64,000 nt of DNA from an uncultured Leptospirales bacterium (GCA_964652955.1 CAZZCF010000004.1:12514-76513); one strand, 5' to 3'. Numbered from the stretch's first letter, positions 1 through 10,169 are shown. Notes: generated by a model from the letters alone, not told the origin. Program-made: numbers and translations.

Positions 1-4
1 GAAT

Positions 5-1216
5 GTGAGTATGAACTCTGTGGATAAAGAAGAGTGGTTGCAGCGTGCACGGGATCACTGTTTTTACATCGGCGTGAACGACAGCGGGGCGGAGCTGTGC
101 AGAATTAATTCCGCTTATGGAATTGCCGGGATTCAGTTCGTTCAACGTGAGCTTGGCATGAAGCCCGATGCGACCTTCATCACCACGCCTGATATGACCA
201 TAACCAGAAACGCCAGCAGGTGGAAGAGCGGCTTTGGGTATGGAGGGAAGATAAGCTGGGGAAACGGGGATGATGAGCTTATTATTCTCAATACCAAGCC
301 CAATGCATGCGGCATGCTTGCGGGTGGGCTGCAGAAGTTACCCGATATTGAATCACTGATCAGAAAACTGCATGCAATGGAGGTGAACACGACTCAGATC
401 GACGGTATCGATCTTATCTGGGATTTCTATAAGAGCAATCACTTCATTGATATCTTTGAAATAAAGCATGTTGCAAAAACTGATGTGCCGTTGCCTCCCT
501 ATGCTTTTATCATTCATGGATCTGCTGATGAGTTCAAGGGCGATAGCGCGATGGGTTTCGGTTTGTACTACGACGTGAGCAGAGAGCTCAGTGGGAGGAC
601 CGAAATTATCGCGACACCCTTCGGTAATTTCTACCTGCTTACGGGTGAGAACGCGCGGGCGTACTATGAGCGGTATCGGTATATTGATGAGTTTACCAAG
701 CGGAAGAGGAGGCTGGCGGCGGATCTGCTCTTCGGGGACTATACTCTTATCTCCAATGAGACCCATCAGGGATTGATTAACATGAACGAGATACTTCTCG
801 GCTGCCATCACGTGGCCGATGAGCGCACCCTCTTTCCGCTGACTCTCAGAGGAGATCTTCCTGCGTATCTCGTCCACGGCATGCCAAATCTTACGCCGGA
901 GAGCATCGACCTTCTGGGATTCGAGAAACGCTCGATGAATCTTGGTATCTATGACAGGCTCATCGGAGCGAATATCATCCCTCATGGCGGCGGGTATGTT
1001 TTGCCGGATATTTTGACGGTAAACCGGGTCACCGAGGTTGACGGCAAGCGGTATTTCGAAGTTGAGATGCAGAACGATAGGGGCAAGAAGATAATCTCCG
1101 AGGTGCGGGACCTCCCCTTTGAGTACCGCGGACGGAATGTTGTACTTCGCGCTCTGGAGGTTGGATTGATAGATATCGTCGCCAAGTTAATACCTCGGTA
1201 TGTTTTCAAGATATGA
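5..1216 (+). CDS. RtcB-like RNA ligase family protein (divergent)
   Basis: 403 aa, similar in length to E. coli RtcB (~408 aa). Collinear matches to RtcB motifs: PNACGM (cf. DIGCGM), SNHFIDIFE (cf. GNHFIEI), IIHGSADEF (cf. LHSGSRG), IIPHGGGY (cf. SHGAGR). The Asp of the DxxC metal motif appears substituted. Confidence 0.55.
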   Translation: MSMNSVDKEEWLQRARDHCFYIGVNDSGAELCRINSAYGIAGIQFVQRELGMKPDATFITTPDMTITRNASRWKSGFGYGGKISWGNGDDELIILNTKPNACGMLAGGLQKLPDIESLIRKLHAMEVNTTQIDGIDLIWDFYKSNHFIDIFEIKHVAKTDVPLPPYAFIIHGSADEFKGDSAMGFGLYYDVSRELSGRTEIIATPFGNFYLLTGENARAYYERYRYIDEFTKRKRRLAADLLFGDYTLISNETHQGLINMNEILLGCHHVADERTLFPLTLRGDLPAYLVHGMPNLTPESIDLLGFEKRSMNLGIYDRLIGANIIPHGGGYVLPDILTVNRVTEVDGKRYFEVEMQNDRGKKIISEVRDLPFEYRGRNVVLRALEVGLIDIVAKLIPRYVFKI

Positions 1217-1495
1217 GTGCCTGATATCGTTATACGACTATCAGGCTTTCCCTCCCGGTAAAAAAAGAACCGAGCAGGATTAAAGAAATACTGTATTTCA
1301 TAGCGGGATCAATTAAAATCATTCCGATGATTTGTGTGACATGCCGTTGGAATAATGCCGGAAGGATAGGAGCATCCGGTGGAATATCAACACTGTCGTG
1401 TTTTCGATTATATGCTTTTTTTGTTGAAATGGGATATGGGGTGTCTGCAAATTGATCCTTTAGAGAAACGGGCGAGTGTCGTTGAAGGGAGTGCC

Positions 1496-2167
1496 ATGAG
1501 TCAGAAAGTGCTCTTTACATGGAGTAGCGGAAAGGATAGTGCGCTTGCGCTTTACGAATTGCTTGAGAAGGGAGGGAGCACGGTTGTATCGTTCCTGACG
1601 ACCCTGACCGAGGACTACGATCGGATCAGCATGCACGGTGTTCGCCGGGTTCTCCTTGAGCAGCAGGCTCAGTCGCTGGGGTTTCCGCTGGAGAAAATCT
1701 TCATCCCGAAGGAAGCGAACAATATGATCTATGAGTCAAGGATGGGTGAAGTCCTGAAGCGGTACAAGACAGCGGGTATCTCGACGGTTGTCTTTGGCGA
1801 TATCTTTCTCTCAGATCTCAGAACGTACCGTGAGGAGAATCTCTCACGCATTGCCATGAACGCGCTCTTCCCCCTCTGGGGGATGAGTACTACTGATCTC
1901 GCTGAGCGTTTTATCGAGCTGGGATTCGCTGCGATTGTCACCTGTGTTGATGGTGATGTGCTCGATGCAACATTTGCGGGGAGCCTCTATAATCGGGATT
2001 TCTTATCACGGCTTCCTCAGGAGGTGGATCCCTGCGGAGAGAATGGTGAATTCCACACCTTCGTGTTTGACGGTCCGCTTTTCAGCAGGAGGATACGGTT
2101 TGAGAAGGGGGAGGTGGTATTGCGGGATGAACGGTTCTATTTCTGCGATCTCATTCCATTAACCTGA
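1496..2167 (+). CDS. Dph6-related / MJ0570-family PP-loop ATP pyrophosphatase (ATP_bind_4)
   Basis: N-terminal PP-loop SSGKDS in VLFTWSSGKDSALALYEL; C-terminal GENGEFHT motif typical of the diphthine-ammonia ligase / MJ0570 family. The ATG at 1496 (MSQKVLF) is the likely start inside the longer ORF 1379..2167. Confidence 0.75.
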   Translation: MSQKVLFTWSSGKDSALALYELLEKGGSTVVSFLTTLTEDYDRISMHGVRRVLLEQQAQSLGFPLEKIFIPKEANNMIYESRMGEVLKRYKTAGISTVVFGDIFLSDLRTYREENLSRIAMNALFPLWGMSTTDLAERFIELGFAAIVTCVDGDVLDATFAGSLYNRDFLSRLPQEVDPCGENGEFHTFVFDGPLFSRRIRFEKGEVVLRDERFYFCDLIPLT

Positions 2168-2299
2168 TAACGGTGAGCAACTTGCCTGTATTAATAACAT
2201 GGAAATTCGTATGGGCAATTGATTAAGTGATTGATATATTTTGTTTACTTTTCCCGGATGCTATTCGTATAAAATACAGATAGTTATCGGGGAGGAGCT

Positions 2300-2762
2300 T
2301 ATGATTATTGAATCAACAGTACATGTCCATGTAACAATTAAAAATATGCTTGATAGAGTGGCAGCTCTCACTGGAAGCTCCAGAACGTTTCTGATAATAC
2401 TTTTAATGCAACGGGTGATGCATTTAAATAGTAATATGCTCAAAACCTTTACCAGGGTTAAATATCAGGATAGAGATGTGAAAGAGAACTGGCATCGTCT
2501 TCATATCGCTTTTCGTGAATATGAATATGAGTACTGTCAGGATATGCGGAAGTTCTTTAAAATGTCGGTTTCTTATATTCTCGCATATGCCGTTAGGATG
2601 TATCTTGATGCACTATTATGTGAATTGCTTGATAGTGATGAAAGTACCGATAATTATTACTACAGAAACTATATTATTATAAAGAAAACCCTCAAAAAAG
2701 CAATATACTGGCAAATCTACTGGGGAATACCGCATGCATTTCCCCCTTTATCCTTACTCTGA
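2300..2762 (+). CDS. hypothetical protein with N-terminal ribbon-helix-helix-like segment, in AT-rich islet
   Basis: GGAGG RBS followed by ATG at 2300. MIIESTVHVHVTIKNMLDRVAALTGSSRTF looks like an RHH beta-strand plus helix. The segment 2170-2800 is much lower in GC than its flanks. No recognisable catalytic motif. Confidence 0.35.
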
Positions 2763-2804
2763 GAAATCATTGTATGTTCTGGATATATCGTTAAAATATT
2801 TTAA

Positions 2805-4166
2805 TCAGAGATCGATCTCTCTCGTAATCTTATACAGATCCACTCCCTTTCTGGTAAGCTGTTTCTTCATGAGAAAGAAATAGCCGACTCCCACGAAAAC
2901 CCAGAAGATGAAGAAATAGGTGAGAAAGGCGCTCGTCTTCCAGAGCTCACCGAAAAGCGCCGCGAGCGCTCCCACAAAGAGGACTATTCCCACTACAACG
3001 CAGAAGAGAAGAACGCTTGCCGGCACTTTGAGCGGCGATTTTTCAAAGCGGTCCGGCATTTTCCGTTTCAGCAGAAGCGATGATATGGTTACGGGGATGA
3101 ATATCACGAGCCCGCCGATGGTCGCGTAGAGAGCCAGCGCCTTGATATCCAGGCCCGCGATAAGAGCGCTCACCGAGAATACCCATATCATGGTCAGCAG
3201 GTTGTGCGGCGTGCCGAATCGATCGTTCACTCTGGTCATGACGGCGGGAATGAGCTTGTCTCCGGCGACTATCATAAAAGATTTCGGTGCCCACATGAAG
3301 GAAGCATTCATGGTGGTGGCGAGGGCGAGGAGCGCCCCGCCGATGATGAAGAAGCTCAGCGTCGGTCCCGAGAGGAAGGCTGCAGCCGATTCGGTCAGCG
3401 GTTTGTTGGCGCACTGCTCCCAGGGCAGAACCCCCACGGCAACAACGCTCATGGATATGTAGATTACGGCAACTATGATGATGATGATGAGAAATGAAAG
3501 CGGAATCACCCGCTCCGGTTTTTTTATCTCACCCCCGAGCTCGATGATGGCATTTGCGCCGAGATAGGGGAAGATCAGGAGCGAGGCTGCTGATAGTACT
3601 GAGAGGAATCCCTTCGGAATTAGGTCCTCGAGGTTGGCGGAGGATACATGGGGGATTCCCAAAGCGCTGTACATGATGAGAGCCGCTATCAGTATCAGGA
3701 CCATAATTCCCTGCACGCTTGCTGCGATTCGAATGCCGATCAGATTAACACCGTAGAAGAAGGTGAGAAAGAGAATCGAGAAGATGGTGACATTCATATC
3801 GGGGAAGAAGGCCTTTAGATATTCAACCATGGTGACCGACAGGAGGGGGAGGAAACCGAGGAAGAATCCTATGGCAAAAATCCATACGCCCATAAAAGCT
3901 GCCAGCGGTGAGAAAAATCGGCTCGGATATCGGTAATTGCCCCCTACTGTCGGGACTGCCGCACCGAGATATGCCAGCGGAAGCATGAGAAAAACTGCCG
4001 GGAGTATCGCCATGGTATAGGCAATCGGCAGGGCTGCACCGCAGATGCCGATGGCGATTCCGGTCATGGCAAAAACGCCTCCTCCTATTGTCTGGCCGAC
4101 TCCGATTGCAACGACTTCCTTCAGGCCCAGGACCCGCTTCAGGCCCAGAACACCTTTCTCCTCCAT
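2805..4166 (-). CDS. APC-family amino acid permease
   Basis: 453 aa polytopic membrane protein. N-terminus LKEVVAIGVGQTIGGGVF and overall 12-TM pattern are typical of amino-acid/polyamine/organocation transporters. Confidence 0.8.
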   Translation of the reverse strand: MEEKGVLGLKRVLGLKEVVAIGVGQTIGGGVFAMTGIAIGICGAALPIAYTMAILPAVFLMLPLAYLGAAVPTVGGNYRYPSRFFSPLAAFMGVWIFAIGFFLGFLPLLSVTMVEYLKAFFPDMNVTIFSILFLTFFYGVNLIGIRIAASVQGIMVLILIAALIMYSALGIPHVSSANLEDLIPKGFLSVLSAASLLIFPYLGANAIIELGGEIKKPERVIPLSFLIIIIIVAVIYISMSVVAVGVLPWEQCANKPLTESAAAFLSGPTLSFFIIGGALLALATTMNASFMWAPKSFMIVAGDKLIPAVMTRVNDRFGTPHNLLTMIWVFSVSALIAGLDIKALALYATIGGLVIFIPVTISSLLLKRKMPDRFEKSPLKVPASVLLFCVVVGIVLFVGALAALFGELWKTSAFLTYFFIFWVFVGVGYFFLMKKQLTRKGVDLYKITREIDL

Positions 4167-4238
4167 GACGACCTCCTGTTATGCTCTTTTTCACAGTTTC
4201 TAAGATATTATGCTGTCATTACGCCTGCGGAACGAATT

Positions 4239-5405
4239 TCACCCCTCTTCATCATATTCCCGAATCGCTTCGATGCATATCTGAAGCGCTTTCTGAAGGT
4301 TGTTCTCATCGATGTTGTCCGGGTTGTCATCCGGGCAGTGCCAGAGCGAGAAGAGCTCGGTTTCGTCCATGCCGAAGAGGCAGGCGGATCTGCCTCCCGC
4401 TTTTATGATCGGGTAGGAGTCGGTACCGCCGTAGGTGATATCAATTGCCGGCAATTCGAACCCTGCCCGCTTTCCGGCGCGCTGTATAAAGGCGATAACC
4501 TCAGGAGTATATGCGGTCATGGTCATCTTCTCTTTTCTGATAACCGCAAGATCTCCCGCCCCGAGAGTTTCCATGTTGAAGTGAACGGCTTTTTTAATCA
4601 GGTCGGGGAAGTCCCGGGCGAATCCGGCAGATCCGTAGATCAGAGGCTCCTCTGATCCGAAGGATATGAGCCAGACCTCCGTCTTCTTGAGCCGCTTCTT
4701 TTTGAGGTGATCGGCTATTCCCAGGAGAACGGCGACAGATGAGAGGTTGTCGTTGGCACCGAGGTTCCTCTCAGGTGATATCATCTTAAATCGGTAAAAA
4801 AATCCCGGGATGAGCCCCACGAGGGATACCGCGTAGAGCAGATCAAACCAGCCGAGCGATGGTAACAGCGTTGCAGGGCCGCTCGTGATCGTGCGTATAA
4901 TTCCCGAGGGGATGAGGAGCCCCATGCAAACGAGCACAACGGTTTCGAAGAGGTGAATATAGGGCTTGTAGGGCTGAGAGAAGAGCGGCATCATGTTGGG
5001 GCTGTCGTGATGACCCGAAAAAATGAGTATCTTTTCTGCCATGCCCTTGGGGCGAAATATTCCGATGATGTTTCTCGTTGGCGTGCTGTGGAAGAGCCAG
5101 TCGATGACCCGGTTTCCGAAGATCCTCATAAGGAGAAGAGCGGTGAGCAGCACACCGATAATGATTGCCGAGGCGAGGGGGAGGAAGAGGAAGATGAGCG
5201 CGCTGAAGAGATACACTCCTATCATCATGTTGATGAGTCCGTGAATGATGTTCGGGCAGACAGTCGTATCGTGGTAGCGGACCTCTGCGGTGCGCTTCCT
5301 GAGCTCATCCGCAATAATCTCACCTGCCCGATACTCGCTTGTGCTCCCCGCCGGGCGGGGGCCAATTTCGGATATAATTCGCTCAATGAAGGGCTTCAGC
5401 TTCAC
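4239..5405 (-). CDS. M28-family peptidase with membrane-spanning insertion
   Basis: Motifs IFSGHHDSP, GSEEPLIYGSAGF and WHCPDDNPDNI match the zinc-ligand regions of M28 aminopeptidases. Hydrophobic helices sit between the N-terminal region and the catalytic part. Confidence 0.7.
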   Translation of the reverse strand: MKLKPFIERIISEIGPRPAGSTSEYRAGEIIADELRKRTAEVRYHDTTVCPNIIHGLINMMIGVYLFSALIFLFLPLASAIIIGVLLTALLLMRIFGNRVIDWLFHSTPTRNIIGIFRPKGMAEKILIFSGHHDSPNMMPLFSQPYKPYIHLFETVVLVCMGLLIPSGIIRTITSGPATLLPSLGWFDLLYAVSLVGLIPGFFYRFKMISPERNLGANDNLSSVAVLLGIADHLKKKRLKKTEVWLISFGSEEPLIYGSAGFARDFPDLIKKAVHFNMETLGAGDLAVIRKEKMTMTAYTPEVIAFIQRAGKRAGFELPAIDITYGGTDSYPIIKAGGRSACLFGMDETELFSLWHCPDDNPDNIDENNLQKALQICIEAIREYDEEG

Positions 5406-5549
5406 GGGGGCGTTCCTCCTTCAGGTAATCCCTCTGAATATAATGCGCTCGCTCGCTCAGTCAACTTAAATTTTCTCATGTGAGGAGGAGCATTATTGTC
5501 TGGTCATTCCCGGCCACTCATGATAATGATTTCTCCATTCACCGATCAC

Positions 5550-6812
5550 TCAGGTCGTTTCGAGCGTAATCTCTTCGAGTTCCTTCTGCTTCGTTTCCGG
5601 GAAGAAGAAGAGCACGAGAAATGCGGCGATGAAGGGTGCAACGGCAATAACGGTCAGGGCATTTCCCATTCCACCGAGATGCAGCGCCATCAAACCCACC
5701 AGACCGGGTGCGATCACGCAGCCGACCCGGCCGAGGGTGTTGTTGGTCCACGCCGCCGCATTGGCCCGAAGCCGGGTGGGGAAGAGCTCAGTCGTATAAG
5801 TTGAGCAGATGGGGAGATAGGCAGTGATGAAGAACACACAGAATCCGATAGCGAAATGGATGGCCAGGCTGCTCTGCACCTGAAAGGTCCATATAATTGA
5901 CCCCGTACCGCCAAGAAAGAAGATAATGCTGGTCGGTCTCCGGCCGAGTATATCCATGAGCTTCCCTCCAACGAGGTATCCTGAGAGCCCGATAGTATAG
6001 GCGATGCTCAGCGCCCGGCTTACGTCGGTGAGATCCCATCCCCGTTCATTGATGGTGTAATAGGCGAAGAAGACCTGTACCGCTGTAATGGGAATCCATG
6101 AGAAGAACCAGAGGAGCATGAGGAGCACCGTTCGTTTTCGATAGGGCCTACTGAGCAGGGTGAAGAATGACGGTGCTTCGTCCTGTTCTTCCACCCGATT
6201 TCGGGATTGAATCCATCGCGGCGTTTCTCTCAGACGCCGGCGCAACCAGATGATCAGCAGCAGGGGGATGATGCCGACGAGATACATTCCCCGCCAGCCA
6301 AAATCGGATTTCGAGATGGCGGGGAAGATGACAGCAGCGAGCACACCGCCGAACGCTGCGGCGAGCTGCACAATAGCGATGCCGAAAGCGCGAACCCGTG
6401 CCGGAAGCTCCTCGGCGAGCACCACCGCCGAGAGGCCCCATTCAGCGACAAGAAATACACGGGCGAGAAATTGATAGATGACGAAATCAACCGTGCTTCG
6501 CGAAAGGGCGGTGAGGACGGTGAAGCAGGTGTACAACACTATGGTAATGAGCAGGAGTGACCGTCTGCCGAAGCGATCAGCAGTGCGAATAACGAAGAAA
6601 GCGACAATGGTTCCGATGTTAATGACCGAAACCGCATACCCGAGAATCTGCGTTGAGACGCTGAATTCCTTTCCCATCAGGGGAAGGATCAGGTTGATAA
6701 CCATGTAATCGTACCCCTCAAAGAAGGTAGCTGCCGAGAGCATGATAATCAGAAATCGATGATAGCCGCTCATTGCCGTGCCGGTCTGGTTTTCATGAGT
6801 TGATGATTGCAT
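5550..6812 (-). CDS. MFS transporter
   Basis: 420 aa with 12 predicted TM segments; MFS signature-like DRFGRR loop between TM2 and TM3 and LGRRP in the second half. Confidence 0.75.
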   Translation of the reverse strand: MQSSTHENQTGTAMSGYHRFLIIMLSAATFFEGYDYMVINLILPLMGKEFSVSTQILGYAVSVINIGTIVAFFVIRTADRFGRRSLLLITIVLYTCFTVLTALSRSTVDFVIYQFLARVFLVAEWGLSAVVLAEELPARVRAFGIAIVQLAAAFGGVLAAVIFPAISKSDFGWRGMYLVGIIPLLLIIWLRRRLRETPRWIQSRNRVEEQDEAPSFFTLLSRPYRKRTVLLMLLWFFSWIPITAVQVFFAYYTINERGWDLTDVSRALSIAYTIGLSGYLVGGKLMDILGRRPTSIIFFLGGTGSIIWTFQVQSSLAIHFAIGFCVFFITAYLPICSTYTTELFPTRLRANAAAWTNNTLGRVGCVIAPGLVGLMALHLGGMGNALTVIAVAPFIAAFLVLFFFPETKQKELEEITLETT

Positions 6813-6838
6813 AAGTCACTCCGATGGTGAAGAAGGTA

Positions 6839-8065
6839 TTATTTACGCTGCGTCCCGATGGGATGGAGCTTCACCTCCCTGGACGTTAGGAATTCCGTAC
6901 CGGTTTCGGTTATCACCACGATATCCTCGTTCATGATCGAGCCAAAATTATGGGCGTAGTAGGGGAGCTCCACACAGAAGACATTTCCGGGAATCATCGG
7001 TTCTACCGAGAGGGGTGAGAGGAAGGGTGGTTCCTCAACGGTGTGATCGAGACCGACAGAATGGCCGACATGTCCCCGCATAAAGTTTGGCAGGCCGTTG
7101 TCATGCGCCACCCGCATTGCCGCATTGAATACGTCTTTCGGAATGACTCCCGGTCCCATCATCGAGAGCGCTTTCTTATGAGCGGCAATGAGCGCGGTGT
7201 TCACCCGCTCCTGATCAGCCGACGGTTTTCCGGCGATAAAGGTTCGTGCTGCATCTGCGCCGTATCCGCGTACCACGAGGGCGCCGTCGTATTTTATCAG
7301 ATCGCCGTTCTGAACGGCGACCTCGTAGGGAGACATGCAGGGGGAGAAGAGGGGTCCGATGGAGACGAACATCATCCGTATGGATTCTATGTGCGGTGCT
7401 GCCATGGCACGGGAGCTGAGTCGCGAGATGATGTCGGCGTGAGTGGTGCCGATGCCAATCTCGGCCATGGTGTCGAAAACTATATCCTCCTGCGCGCGCG
7501 CGGCGATGCGCAGACACTCAATCTCGTAATCGGTTTTGACGGCACGCGCTTTGTAGAAGAGCGCTGAGGAATCGACAAAAGAGGCATCCGGGAGCGCCTG
7601 CTGCAGCACCTGCCATATGGGCATCTGAATGGCAATCGTTTCAACTCCCAGTGTTCCCTTTTCGACACCTGCTGCTTTGAGACAATCGACGAGAACGCCG
7701 ATGCTCAGATCGAGACTGAAGAACTCCGGCTTATCGGTTCGCTTCGCCGGGTGGTCGGTGATAAACTGATCGTCGATGTATATCCACATGGGGAACTCGC
7801 GCCAGTCACGCACCATTCCTCCAGCGGCGAGAGCGGGGCGCTCAAAGTCACAGCATATGCCGACCACATCGCCCTCCCGTGGCACGATTATCATTGCCAG
7901 GGTAGCAACATTTGAGAGACTGAGGAAGCTCGAAGGAAGGGTGTTGATATAGGTAACGTTTTCGTTTTTAAAGGTTATCAGTGCATCAATTCCCTCTTCG
8001 GTCATCAGGGTGCGAAGACGCTCAAGGACGATATGATGGTGTTTCTCGCGAAGTGAACCGTTCAT
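6839..8065 (-). CDS. M24-family metallopeptidase (Xaa-Pro aminopeptidase / creatinase-like)
   Basis: Creatinase-N-like N-terminal domain. C-terminal M24 motifs HGVGHSVGLDHTVEEP and NEDIVVITETG. Start chosen at MNGSLREK (ATG at 8065) rather than the ORF maximum at 8161. Confidence 0.75.
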   Translation of the reverse strand: MNGSLREKHHHIVLERLRTLMTEEGIDALITFKNENVTYINTLPSSFLSLSNVATLAMIIVPREGDVVGICCDFERPALAAGGMVRDWREFPMWIYIDDQFITDHPAKRTDKPEFFSLDLSIGVLVDCLKAAGVEKGTLGVETIAIQMPIWQVLQQALPDASFVDSSALFYKARAVKTDYEIECLRIAARAQEDIVFDTMAEIGIGTTHADIISRLSSRAMAAPHIESIRMMFVSIGPLFSPCMSPYEVAVQNGDLIKYDGALVVRGYGADAARTFIAGKPSADQERVNTALIAAHKKALSMMGPGVIPKDVFNAAMRVAHDNGLPNFMRGHVGHSVGLDHTVEEPPFLSPLSVEPMIPGNVFCVELPYYAHNFGSIMNEDIVVITETGTEFLTSREVKLHPIGTQRK

Positions 8066-8333
8066 CAGGTGAAGCTCCTTTCTCGATTTCACGTACAGTA
8101 CTCGACCGATCAAATAAAAGTCAAGGAAAACCGCGAAAAATGTACAGCAGTAATTAACCACCCGGCGCTCTGATACCCCCTCCCTGAATTTCTGCAGATC
8201 CGGGAAACGGAGCGCGGCTCTGTTTCATCGATCGTATGCATTTTCCGTGAAAGGTGAACGTTCCCCAGAGGCATTCATCCGGCGGGTGCTGTGGAATCGA
8301 TGAACCTTCGGAACATAATGGAAAGAGAGAGCA

Positions 8334-10169
8334 TTAACTGAACTTGAGAAATTCCTTCTTCCCCAGGAGCTTATCCAGATCATGTGCGGTTAAGGGGTGA
8401 CTGACGAGATATCCCTGTATTTCGTGGCACTGAAATTCCTTTAAGATATTGAGCTGCTCCTCTGTTTCGACACCTTCAGCGATAACTTTAATATTCATCT
8501 TGTTGGCCATGGCAATCATGATGGAGACAATGGTGGCATCGTCCTCGTTGGTGGTAATGTTGCATATAAATGACTGATCAATCTTCAGGGTATTAATAGG
8601 CAGTTTTTTCAGTGAGGTGAGTGAGGAGTAACCGGTTCCGAAATCGTCAATGGCGATATTGATCTTCATCTCTTTCAGCTTTTTAAGGTTTTCATGAATA
8701 ATGTCAATATTCTGGAGAATAGTCGTTTCGGTGATTTCAAGTTCAAGCCGCTCGGGATCGAAACCGGTTTCATGCAATATGTGCGCAACCTTTTCCACGA
8801 ACTTCCTGTCCTTTATCTGAAGCACGGAGAGATTCACCGAGAGTGTCAGCGGCTTCATGCCCGTATCCTCGAGCTCCTTCATCTCATGACAGGCGGTTCG
8901 TAAAACCATCTCTCCGATGGGGATGATGAGGTTCAGCTCTTCGGCCAGGGGAATGAATTTTTCCGGCGAAATGGTTCCCACTTCGGGGTGATGCCAGCGA
9001 AGGAGGGATTCGATGCCGACGATCTCTCCCGTGCTGAGATTGATCAGTGGTTGATAGCAGACGGTCAGCTCATTCCGTTCAATGGCGTGATGCAGGTTAT
9101 TTGCGAGCTTCATCCGCTCCATCGCTTCGGCGTTCATCGATGGCGAATAGAATTGATAGTTGTTTTTGCCGAATTCTTTCGCGCGGTACATTGCGGTATC
9201 GGAATTCTTAAGAAGCGATTCATAGGTCTCACCGTCATCCGGAAAGATTGCAATGCCTATGCTTGTGGTTATATGCAGCTCGTGCTGTTCAATGAAAAAG
9301 GGCTCTTTGAATGATTCGATAATACGCTCGACAATAATGTTTGCATTTTCAGGTCTGTTCAGCGCGGGTAAGATCAGGAGAAATTCATCGCCTCCGATAC
9401 GGGAGAAGCTGTCGCTGATGAACTTGATGTGCCCGCTGAATCGGGATACGGTATCGCTCTCGCGAAGGACATTTGCGATGCGCCCTGCGACCCTCTGAAG
9501 CAGCAGGTCTCCGACCGCGTGACCCAGGGTGTCATTTATCGTCTTAAAGTTGTCAAGATCCAGGAACATAACGGCAAGTTTTGTTTTATTTCTCCGGGCA
9601 TATGTCAATTCGAAGTCAAGCAGCTCAACAAACTGCAGTCGATTGGGGAGACCGGTCAGTGAATCGTAGTATGCCAGACGTTTGATCTTCTCCTCGCTTC
9701 GTTTGATATCGGTGATGTTATGCGAGGTAACGACAACATGTGATAGGGAATCGTCGGTATCGTAACAGGGATAGTAGGTGATATCCATGTAGTTCAGCTC
9801 CGAGGATTTAAACTCAAAGGTGGATTGATCATTGACGATATGCCCTTCGAAGCACCTGTCGATATACCATTTAATCGATTCTTGAAATACATCATTACCC
9901 CAGACCTCGGCGACGGTATGGCCGATCACGTTTTCCCGCTTCAGATTTCTGGCCTCAAGATATGCGTCGTTTACTGCCTGATAAACGTAGTTGCGATCAA
10001 TAAGGGTAATATAATCCTTCGATGAGTTTGTCATGAGCTTGTACTTCATGAGTTCTTTGCTGAGCTGCTTGAAGTCGAGGTCAATCCTCTTTTCCAGCTC
10101 ACGATTCCTCTCGGTAAGCGCTTTCAACTCCTCTATCAGCTCTTCAATTTTTTTATCTTTATCTTCCAT
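8334..10169 (-). CDS. coiled-coil/PAS-GGDEF-EAL c-di-GMP turnover protein
   Basis: N-terminal coiled coil, PAS-like segment, RIGGDEF diguanylate cyclase motif, and C-terminal EAL-type domain with an ESLLR variant of the EAL motif. Confidence 0.85.
   Translation of the reverse strand: MEDKDKKIEELIEELKALTERNRELEKRIDLDFKQLSKELMKYKLMTNSSKDYITLIDRNYVYQAVNDAYLEARNLKRENVIGHTVAEVWGNDVFQESIKWYIDRCFEGHIVNDQSTFEFKSSELNYMDITYYPCYDTDDSLSHVVVTSHNITDIKRSEEKIKRLAYYDSLTGLPNRLQFVELLDFELTYARRNKTKLAVMFLDLDNFKTINDTLGHAVGDLLLQRVAGRIANVLRESDTVSRFSGHIKFISDSFSRIGGDEFLLILPALNRPENANIIVERIIESFKEPFFIEQHELHITTSIGIAIFPDDGETYESLLKNSDTAMYRAKEFGKNNYQFYSPSMNAEAMERMKLANNLHHAIERNELTVCYQPLINLSTGEIVGIESLLRWHHPEVGTISPEKFIPLAEELNLIIPIGEMVLRTACHEMKELEDTGMKPLTLSVNLSVLQIKDRKFVEKVAHILHETGFDPERLELEITETTILQNIDIIHENLKKLKEMKINIAIDDFGTGYSSLTSLKKLPINTLKIDQSFICNITTNEDDATIVSIMIAMANKMNIKVIAEGVETEEQLNILKEFQCHEIQGYLVSHPLTAHDLDKLLGKKEFLKFS

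Noticed and set aside
353-985. 210-aa minus-strand ORF inside the RtcB-like gene
   Set aside because: The plus-strand frame carries ordered RtcB motifs; the antisense ORF has none.
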